Source of the DNA: Sminthopsis crassicaudata
Taxonomy: Eukaryota
Direction of reading: 5' to 3'
DNA length: 64,000 nt
NCBI RefSeq assembly: GCF_048593235.1
Contig: NC_133619.1
Coordinates: forward strand, 293,522,454-293,586,453
Within the stretch, counting starts at the first letter, position 1. The number at the start of each line of letters is the position of its first letter. The translations under genes and the position numbers were made by a program. The notes beneath the pieces were generated by a model. That model was not told where the DNA came from and searched no databases. It worked only from the letters and a program-made list of their open reading frames with translations. Positions 54,493 through 64,000 of this stretch are shown piece after piece.

Positions 54493-55404
54493 TCATGTGA
54501 TTCCTCTTTATACCTGAGCAACCTAACCTCTGGAATCCTCAATTCCTTCTCCAACTAGAAAATCTCTAAGGTACTTTCCCACTCCAAATCCTATGATATG
54601 CATTAAAACAAATGGTCAAGAAACTGGAAACATCAATAACAATGTCAGATTTTATGATAATGGAACATCAGAAGAAAAAAAAGAGAGGAAGTATAAATCT
54701 TTTGGTGTCACAGCAATGGTCTTTTTCCTTTTTTCCTCTATAGATTCAGTGTTTCAGCAATAAAGGTCTTAACAAGAGTTTATAATGAGAAAGAAAAAAA
54801 ACAAGTTTGATAATAGCTGAAGAAGATAGATAACTTATGAAGAACTGATGATGTCAATTACCCAAGGGAGGTTCAAAGTAATCACAGAATTTGTAGGGTT
54901 TTTGTGTTTTTTGATTTTTTTAGTTTTTAAAAGGCCTACTACCTCTGAGTTCAAATAATCCTAATATCTGTTTCTGGTATATCTCTTCTACTTATTTAAA
55001 GTCCTGTCATGAAGAAAATTCTACATATAACTAACAAATAAGTTTAACTTCCATATTTTTAGATGCCTGGAAAACAATATATTTGAAAATAAAACACCCA
55101 AATAAGAGATCTGAGAAAAAGCCAACATAGCTGACAATTTTTTTCTTCATTAATAAAATATCAATAAATTTGAGCCCATGTCATAAACTACCAATAAATC
55201 TGGAGAGGAAGTACATTCTATTTAAGATTTACTTCACTTTCTTAAATTTTAACTTTGGATTCCATCTTCTCCAAATCTAATCATCTCTATTATTAATCAC
55301 TGCATCTATAATACATTAATTTTCACCAATTTCCAAGAAGCTAAAAATTGAATTCAGATTTTGGAGAGTTAAAAAGAAAAAAAAAGCAAGACAGATTTCT
55401 TATA

Positions 55405-55800
55405 GATTATCAAATGTTCTTGTTTGCAGATGACACTATGCTAAACGCATCAAGCTCCAGGAAGCTGCAGAGTCCTAAATGATATTCATAATCACTTGGC
55501 CTAATTATCTACCCAGGAACAATCAAGTGGATGAAGAATGACTATTGTCCTGACTACAATATACAGGTATAAAGAGACTCCAAAGTGCTAGTCCACCAAT
55601 ATTTATCTTGAGCCAACTATAGATGGACCAAAAATTGGCTCAGAGGAAGAGAATAGTCTTGATTGCATATGGGAAATTGTTCAGTGTTTTAAATGTATGC
55701 TTCTCACTGAAACAAAATGCTACTTTAAGAAAATATCAATAGTCATCTGGTATATGAAATCCTATAAAACATGCAATATTATATAGTCTTTGAAGAATTA
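55405..55800 (+). mobile_element. RTE-clade LINE fragment (reverse-transcriptase region)
   Basis: atgttcttgtttgcagatgacact = MFLFADDT (RT catalytic motif), followed by aagtggatgaagaatg typical of marsupial RTE. Confidence 0.75.
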
Positions 55801-55889
55801 AGGTTATAAGATCCACAAAGTGTATCAGAAAGATTAGTGGTAGCACTAAGTATCATTCAGCATGTTACCAATAAAGAATATGTACACTA

Positions 55890-56200
55890 GGGATCTCTGA
55901 AGTCCAAATCTGCATCCCCATTGACTTTCACTAAGTAATCCAAGTTTTACCCTCAAGCAAAATAAGCCTAATTTTTCCTCTCTGTGAAATATCTCAAATA
56001 TCTGAAGACTATAATCATGTCCTTCAAAAATTTTCTTTTCCTCCAGGAGAAAAAAAAAATCTTCCACCCTCTGTTCCAATTGATTTGTTCATAACACAGT
56101 TTTTAATCAAATGCTTTGCTGAAATCAAGGTATCCAACATGTTTACAATATCTCTCCAACATACTTGTCTAGTAAACTTTCTGACAAAAAAAATGCACTG
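55890..56200 (-). mobile_element. CR1/L3 LINE fragments
   Basis: tctcaaatatctgaagactataatcatgtcc and aaatgctttgctgaaatcaagg resemble recalled L3 3' and RT segments. Confidence 0.6.
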
Positions 56201-56899
56201 TACTAGATAATATCAGTTTATACAAAAGAAAGAATTTTTGCCTTATAATCTGCTTAGGAAAATTGAAAACATGCTTATGAAACAAATGAATATGTTTACA
56301 GAGCAACATATCAATTAGTACAAATTAAAAGAAATACAAATTGAAATAATAAGTACTCAATGAGTGATTAGGTAGAGATGTGAATAGACATCATGGGGTT
56401 GGTGACTTTGGGGATGATTTTCTTGGTAGAGAAGAGAAGAAATGCGATTTGCAAAAGCAAATGGAGTGATTACAACATGAAGAAAAGAATGAAGATTCGC
56501 TGTGCTGAAGTAGAAAAGTTTGTGTTAAGGATAAGTACTGTAATAAGGAGGTTAAGGAAAGAGGAAATAAGATACATGGAAGGATGTTAAGGAAACAATT
56601 TAAGAATAAAGAAAACCAAAAGATGGTTATCAGATGGTTTTTCCGTGGACCACTAAAACTTTCTTGGAACCAGACACAAAAACATTCTTCAATACCTGAA
56701 TGGCTCCATGATTTTATTTGAAAAGACAGCCATCAAAAGTAGGTATTGCAACCCCTCTATATCTTCTCAACCTATGTTATACCTATCCATATTTTTCCAT
56801 AAATGACAAAAGATATAAACACAAAAGATGCCTTCTTGCGATTCTTTTAATTTCTTGGTGGCAACCATATAATAGCATTTACATTCTTGATACTATCCT

Positions 56900-57385
56900 T
56901 TAGTCCACATCCTTTTCTAGTCATATAGATCTTTAATATCCTTTCACATTCTTTGGTATATATTCTCCCTTTCCCACTCTCCAATCCCTTGCACTTAAGA
57001 AGCACACTGGCCTTCTATCTACTCCTTCCATTCATTAACATCTCCCAGTTCCTGATTTCTTATTTGTTCACTAGTAGTTGTTCCACCAAGCCTGGAATGC
57101 TTCCCTCTTTACCTCTACCTTTTGTCTTCTCTAGTTTCTTTCAAGTGTCATTTCAAATCCTACATTCTACAATAGAACTTTCATGATCCCTCTCATTCCT
57201 ATTGTTTTCCTTCCCTTTGAGATTCTCATATTCACTCTGTATCTTGTATGCGCATAGTTATTTGCATATTGTCTCCCCCATAAAAATGTGAGCTCCCTGA
57301 AAGCAAGGATTGTGTTTGTGCTTTACTTTATATTCCCAGCACTCAGAGCAGGTTCTCCTACATAGTAAGAGCTAAATAAATTCTG
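56900..57385 (+). mobile_element. L2 3' end
   Basis: gcctggaatgcttccctc...tgtgagctccctgaaagcaagga...cccagcac...tagtaagagctaaataaa is the typical L2 3' terminus. Confidence 0.7.
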
Positions 57386-59765
57386 TCAAGAATTATTGCC
57401 AAGTAATTGTTAGATTAGTAATATGCTGCAATTTTACCTTCTACCATGTGCCCTTTCAGTAATCTGTAACATGAATAATCTAAATCATGAAGTTTCCTGA
57501 CTAGAAGTTATATGGCATAATCAGTAGAATATTGGTTAGGCTTCTGAGGCATTACTGAGTTTGGAAACAATGAAAGACATTATTCAGCTTTCTAGTTATG
57601 ATCCAGCATGATCTCATTTTCTTACTCTATTATGGGCATAACTCAATATTTCACTATAGCAAATGTCCTTAACATATAACAATTATTTAAACTCAATAAT
57701 CTGCTCATTCAACTATGTGGCATAATCTAAGCAATGTGCACTTTTCATTTGCTTTTTTTCCCATGATGGTTGTTGAAAACCAATGTATCCTGCATTGCTA
57801 TGGAGTTCCCCGAGTTTTGTTTTTTTAACAATAAATTATGCTCTAATATTAACTGTCCTGAAATATTTTTAAAATGGACAAATAAGTATTCCCCTTGCTT
57901 ACTGGTTAAATAAACATGTTGATCTGACCTCTCCCTTCATCTTTCTTAATGTTACATTTGATTCATTACCTAAGGTTTATGTTCATGCCCTTGAGGTCAT
58001 GGCCATTGTCATTTATCTTCTTTTCCCCACTGTAGTGCATACTCAGTAGCTATTATCAGAAGCATTTCTGGCTATTATACAGGAACTAGTAATTAAAGAA
58101 AATATTCACCACATAACCCAATCTTCTGGGAACAAATTCTTTTTTTTTCTGCCCCACACCACAAGTGGTCACAATATCTGGACATTCCTAGAAGACACTG
58201 AATTTTTGCAGTCAAATGCCGGCTGTCCAAAGCATCATGTCATGTGGCTCAACTTAAATAGAACATATACCCTACTCCTTCAGAAAGTTCAAAGAAACAT
58301 TAGATGAAATCCTAAGAACAATGTATGCTATTTATAGTTCTCTAGCTTATTAAGTTTCCCATGCCTCCATTCAGTCCAAAGACACACCCTATGGCATTGG
58401 TCAGAAAATACAGTCTGTATTTATAGCAGCAGTCTTACAAAAAACAAATCAGGAATAAATATAGATAAGCAATCAACACTACATATTTATGACACAAAAT
58501 TGATTTATGTGTCATATAAGCTCCTTACAATAAAAAAAAAAAAAAAAGGTCATCTGCCTTAGGAAAATAGCTCTTTCTTTATATGTAAAATAGAAAAGGC
58601 AAAAATTATAGAGATCAAAACCCACCCCAGAAAAAGACTAATTGTACAAATTCCACATAAATGTGATGGTACAGGTCTTGATAGTTTCCCAAGGATGAGA
58701 ACCATTTTCCAGTTACAGTTTGCTTTGTTTTACTTCGTAAGAGTAGGAAAGTATTATTGGAGGTAATTTTTTTTAATACAGCAGAGTTCAAAAGAGGGTA
58801 AGAATCACTCCAACCACAAAAATTAATAACTGAAAGCAAACAGGGACAGCTGCATGACCCAAAATTGGCACCAATTTTCAGAGAAGGAACAAGATCTCTA
58901 AAACTATTACTAGAGGGTTCAGGAATCCCTGGCATAAAATCAAGCAACTTTCTAACATGTATACAAACATAAAATCATTCTTCCATAGGTCCCCCAAAAC
59001 ATTCACCACTTAACAAAGTCAGCCTGATGTAACTGAACACAATATTTACCAAAATGGCAAACTGATACAAGGAGACATTGTCTCTTGAGAATCATGATAC
59101 ACAGACAGAAGATAATATACGCATCTTCCCTACAAAAAAATTCCCCAGATCTAAAGAAAGCCAATGGACTTGACCAAAAATAAAGAACACTTTTTAAAGG
59201 ATACCTAGGTAATATTAAGGAAGAAAATAGTCAAGTGCCGTGAACTAAGATCAGGTAGTAAAAAGTAGGTTCAGAAGGAGTACTGCTCTTTAGTAATAAT
59301 TCAATTCAATACGTAGAACTTACTATGTGCAGGTTAATTCTGATTTTCATACATGGCTTATATAATCTATCTCATAATTTTAGTCACCTTAGACCCTCAG
59401 ACAAAAGACCTTTTAGAGCTCTCTTACAAGGCTACAATATTCCTCATCTCACCCAATATATTACCTCTGCCAATAGATTATACAAATGAAAACAAATATT
59501 TGCTTTCCTTTTTCATTTTTTTAAAGGTAAAGGAATTTAGTAGATGGATATGCTGCTTCTGGTTCAATTGGTCTCTTCAGACTTATATCAGCACTGTGAT
59601 ACTGAAAAACTCATTAACCACAGATCTTGATTTCAACCATCTCTCCCCTGCCATGCTGCTTTAGCCGAGATCCCCACTCGTCAGGAGACCTGCTCTAGTT
59701 TTGCCCTTGCTCTTGCCATCTGAGGGCATATGCAGAGAGAAGGACCCAAGAAGGGGTCCAGCCTC

Positions 59766-60257
59766 TGTAACTCAGGCCATGAAACCGAAACAAACCCCAA
59801 GGAGTAGGTAAAAGAGGCAATTTAATAATAAGAGCAAGGTCAGCTGACACAATCCTTAAATATAGTGTGTGACAGCAGGATACACAGATAGTCTACTAGA
59901 CAATAAAAAGACCTACATCCATCCAATTTCTGGAAAGATACCTAGCTGTCCCAGGCTCAGTTAAAACAGATAAGCTAGGAGAAGGACACTTATATTATTA
60001 AAAACTAAGGAGTTCAACAAGTATAGATATGACATGAATTCAGAAAAAGCCCAGAAGTAAATGACAGTCTTGGTCAACCAAAGCATGATGGATTAAGACC
60101 AGAGCAGGACCAGAAATGGATAATGATGGGGTAAGGGAGACAAATCTTTAGTTAGCCAAGGTATGAACCGGAGTGAGAGAATTATGGGCCTAAAGTAAAT
60201 TAGGACAGGGCCATAGAAAAGCAAGTCCTACTAAAAGGATGAACTGTGTTTGCTACA
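59766..60257 (-). mobile_element. Possible LTR-derived segment (may extend left to ~59660)
   Basis: TG...CA ends (tgtaac...gctaca) and a U5-like arrangement with reversed ATTAAA; no matching TSD found. Confidence 0.4.
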
Positions 60258-61235
60258 GTGAGGGAAGAAGAGTTCATGGAAGAACTGAAAAGAGGAACAA
60301 TCAATTATAGATGAAAAAGAAACCAACCAAAGTGTTCCTTCACTTTTTGGACTCTTTCCCTTCCTTTAAGCTCAAGTGAAATGGTACTTTCTCTAGGTAA
60401 CTCTTACTTTTCCCCTCACACTTCACCAAGCACTCTATTGCTCTTTTTAAAAATCATCTTGGTATTTTATCTCACTATTATACAGTAAGATACTTGAGAG
60501 AAAAGAACCTGTCTTAGCTAAATTTTCTATCTTTTCTAGCACCATACTCTATACTCAGGAGCTAACTATTAAATACTTTCTACATTTGTATTTATGGTTA
60601 TTCTCTGATCCTGGAAATGACAACCGGGGTTTAACCAATAACAGATTACTCCAGGAAGTGACCAAAGCTGAGCATCCCAAGGGAGATATAACTCATAACA
60701 ACAATCCAGGATTTAATCTTACCTAGTAACCTTGTCCATCAAGAATACAGAATGACAAATGAGATAGATTGAGAATTCTCTTATATCAAAGTCTCTTATT
60801 TCAAAACAAAACCAAATATTGTAAACCAATACTTAATTATTTGTAAGAACCATAAGATAAAAGAGCATTTTGGTTTATTTGATTCATATACATATCTTTT
60901 TTATATTGGTACAAGCCTATGAGATAGGGAATTTCAAGAAACTAAAATCCCACAATGAATGTAGATGGTGGGTAAACTTCTGCAACTTTTAATTTTAGAA
61001 ATAAATTGCCTAGGGCACAAAAAGGTTAAAGTGCCTTTCCCAGTATCATACTTGTCAGAGGTGAGACAAACTTGTCTTCCTCACTCTAAAATCAGCTCTC
61101 AATCCAGGATGCATACACAACTATAAACCAGTACCATAGCAATTAGAAGTGATTTTAGTAGTAGTTGTTGTTTTTAAATATAGTTTATGATCCGCCCAAA
61201 ATTATCTTCAAGATAAATCATTCCTACAATTTCAT

Positions 61236-61237
<2 letters not shown>

Positions 61238-61286
<49 letters not shown>
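61238..61286. repeat. (AC)n microsatellite
   Basis: Read directly. Confidence 0.98.
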
Positions 61287-61287
<1 letters not shown>

Positions 61288-62070
61288 CCAGTCCTCCAAA
61301 TTACTTGTTATTGGTTGGGTTAATTAAGCACAATTATAATATACTGATTCAAATGCCCAAAACTAAATGCACTTCAGGGAAATTCAGAGTCAATTTTTTG
61401 TGTGTTTCTTTCTGACAATGCATTCTTTAAAAGATAAAATAAATGAGGGAAAAAAAGAAGGGAAGGCAATGATTTTCTGCCTTTCTCAAGAGAGCTATTA
61501 GGCAGGAGGCTATATATGTACATATAGTCTAAAGTTTCAGGTAATTAGCTCTCATTCTGATTTTCCATGAAACCTGCTTACTAGTGAATAGTAGTTAATA
61601 ACTTCACACTCCCTGCTGCCCCTACCCCCAATCTCTCAACAAGGAAGGAAGGGCAGTTTCTAACTCATTGCTCAGTCATCTTGGATCACTGCCAATGTCA
61701 GAAGCTTTAGAACACCTGTCAAATAACACGTTGCTTGTGAAAAAGAAACACACAGCAAAGTGCATTTATATATAATTTTCATATACATGCTGATTGAAAA
61801 CAGAATGAACTCTAGTTTAACAGAAAGGTATTTGTTCTGGTTAAGAGTTTGAAAGAAAGAAGTTTTCCTGGATTCATTAATATAAAACAAACACAATGAT
61901 AAAACTTGATCTGCCATAGTAGCTCAATAGCTCTAACACAATGTCAATCTGTCAAGGTTCACTTTATCATCCTCTGCTCCATTCCCAACAACCTAAATTA
62001 ACATATGGTATTCCAAGGAGAAACTATTCAGTTTCCAAACTTTCACCCTCACATACATACATCACCACCA

Positions 62071-62073
62071 AAA

Positions 62074-62128
<55 letters not shown>
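62071..62128. repeat. (AAAT)n tetranucleotide repeat
   Basis: Read directly. Confidence 0.97.
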
Positions 62129-62500
62129 AATAAAGCAAAAAGGAAGGCAGGAAAAAAGGAAAGCTTGGCATAAAATAATTTCTATAAATAATTTAAATAA
62201 TTTTAAATTTAAATAATTAATAAATAATTTCTATAAAGTTTCAACAATTAATTTTCTTTGCTCTAATACATCTTTTAGTTATTATTGACAATTTGAAAAT
62301 GGCTTGAAAATTAACTCTCTTGACAGTTTTTATAAAATACTGAATGCCTATGGAGCATTGGCAGAATAAAAACCTGAGACTCAGTAGTAAGCCTACCCAA
62401 TATTAAGAGTAGGAAAATTCATTAAAGAAACAAGAGTAAGTACTTAACCAAGAAATTGAATAAAATGACATTGTTATATTCTTTAAAAATATTTTCCTAT

Positions 62501-62646
62501 GGGGTAGCTAAGTGGTGCAGTAGATAAGAGTAACAGCCCTGAAGTCTGGAGGACCTGAGTTCAAATATGACCTGACACTCAGCTATGTGATTCTAGGCAA
62601 GTCACTTAACCCCAATCCTCCTAGCAACAAACAAATAAATAAATAA
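62501..62646 (+). mobile_element. WSINE1-family SINE
   Basis: ggggtagctaagtggtgcagtagata...ggacctgagttcaaat...gcaagtcacttaaccccaat with an (AAAC/AAAT)n tail. Confidence 0.8.
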
Positions 62647-63319
62647 AGCCTTTCCCTAAGTATTAGAAATACATGTTTTTGTTTTATGAAGAATAGCATT
62701 AATAAATCTTTTCAAGAAAATTAAAAATTTTTGCAAAACTTTATGCCTCCAATATGCTATGTACAATTGCTTCCAAAAAACCAGGAATATTACCACTCAT
62801 TACAGATACAACAGAAAAAACTCATTAGCCTTATCTTCAATCCAAACTTGAATGGATGAAATATTCAATTATATATTTGGAAGTAAATTCAGTCATTACT
62901 TTTAAGAGTACAAAAAGTGAATCTAGATTGTTAATGTAACTGGTCTTCTCTATTAGCTCTGCAATGGAAAGAGCAATGGAACTGGAATCAAAAGTTGTGT
63001 ATCTGAATTGAACTCTGTCCCTTAGAATCTGTGTGACTAACCAAGGACCTCAGTTTTTAGATCTCTCTATAAGTAGAGGGATGACAGATTATCTCTAAAG
63101 TATTCTTTCAACATTAAAAAAAAGTTTGATTCTAATCAAGAACACTGATTTTCTTTCTTTTTTTTTTTTACTAAAGATTCATATACTTATACCAACTTTG
63201 AGAAATCATTAAGATATAGTATATCTTATGCACATGTCTTTATTGCTGTGCTTCTAACTAAAAGTAAGATCTTTGATCTCTCCAAAAATGAGAATAATCA
63301 CCACCTCAACAATTATGAT

Positions 63320-63567
63320 AATGACGGCTAATATTTACATGGCATTTTCTACATGCCAGGCACAGTGCTAAGTGCTTTACAATTATTATTTCATTGCATC
63401 CTCACCAAAATCCTAAGAGATAGGTGTTATTATTCCTATTTTATAGATGAGAAACAGAATTTATCTGACGCACCCAAAGTTACACAGCAAGTAAATATAT
63501 GAGGCTGGATTTAAATGCATATCTTCTTGCATCCAGGCGGAGTATTCTATCTACTTTACCACCTATC
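63320..63567 (-). mobile_element. MIR-family SINE
   Basis: atgccaggcacagtgctaagtgctttaca...cctattttatagatgagaaac. Confidence 0.75.
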
Positions 63568-64000
63568 AACCCCATGATAAAAATGATACAACTTGCCATA
63601 TGATGAATTCTCCTACACTAATGATACCTTTACCTGCACACCCAATGTCTTACTATTATCTTCACTACCATATCGCTGGATAAAAACAAACCAGGTTTTT
63701 GTTGGAAGAATTAATTAATTTGTGACCTCACTAGCCTCACATTCAAGTTTACCCAAAAGGTAAAACTTATTCTCTAGTAAGAAAATCTCACAATCTATAC
63801 TGGAAGCACTGCCATCTCAGCAGATCATAGTTAGGGTACAGTTCCAGAACTCAAAAAAGACTAAGAAGGGAATGGGAACTAAATATCCATTTGAGACAAT
63901 ATTTACGACAACACCTTATGTGAAGGAAATCTGAAAATGCATAGGAAAAAGAGGAAAAGTAAATCTAAAAATATCTGTCAATCTCTAATTACTAAAAATG

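Larger units (their letters stand above)
19204..64000 (-). other. POLA1: Large POLA1 intron (at least 44.8 kb, continues beyond the window)
   Basis: The expected preceding exon (...KLTANSMYGCLGF...KGRE) was not found by eye in this interval. Human POLA1 also has a very large intron here (recalled). The N gap cannot be inspected. Confidence 0.8.

Noticed and set aside
58615-58947. 110-aa minus-strand ORF
   Set aside because: No recognisable domain, non-ATG-supported context, no splice or promoter evidence; expected by chance in 64 kb.
62173-62237. 16-bp direct repeat around an AT-only spacer, with self-complementary look
   Set aside because: Low-complexity slippage product; no evidence of function.
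19204-64000. Intronic scaRNA hosted by POLA1 in human (SCARNA23, recalled) and upstream POLA1 exons
   Set aside because: No H/ACA structure or upstream exon peptide was recognised; these probably lie beyond the right edge, though the N gap cannot be checked.

Overview
AT-rich mammalian genomic DNA, most likely a dasyurid marsupial (inferred from WSINE1 copies with the GACACTT(A/G)ACACTTCCTAGC signature, MAR1, marsupial L1/HAL1 and RTE repeats). The only protein-coding gene is POLA1 (DNA polymerase alpha catalytic subunit) on the minus strand. Five internal exons (33, 93, 206, 133 and 132 nt; all GT-AG; 597 nt = 199 in-frame codons) include the YGDTDS catalytic motif. From 19204 to the end is one intron of at least 45 kb. 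The introns hold SINEs, L1/L2/CR1/RTE fragments, solo LTRs, two hAT MITEs, a processed RPSA pseudogene and several candidate conserved enhancers. There is a 540-nt assembly gap. I found no evidence of a new gene system. The most unusual items are a collapsed betaretrovirus-like provirus with two tandem tRNA-Lys primer-binding sites and an apparently inverted gag start, an RPSA retrocopy with repeat-bounded deletions, two L1 fragments truncated at the same aligned base, an 82/84-bp duplication around an A-rich insert, and a motif-dense block that may be one of the POLA1/ARX ultraconserved enhancers. Repeat family names and human comparisons come from recall and are not database-verified.
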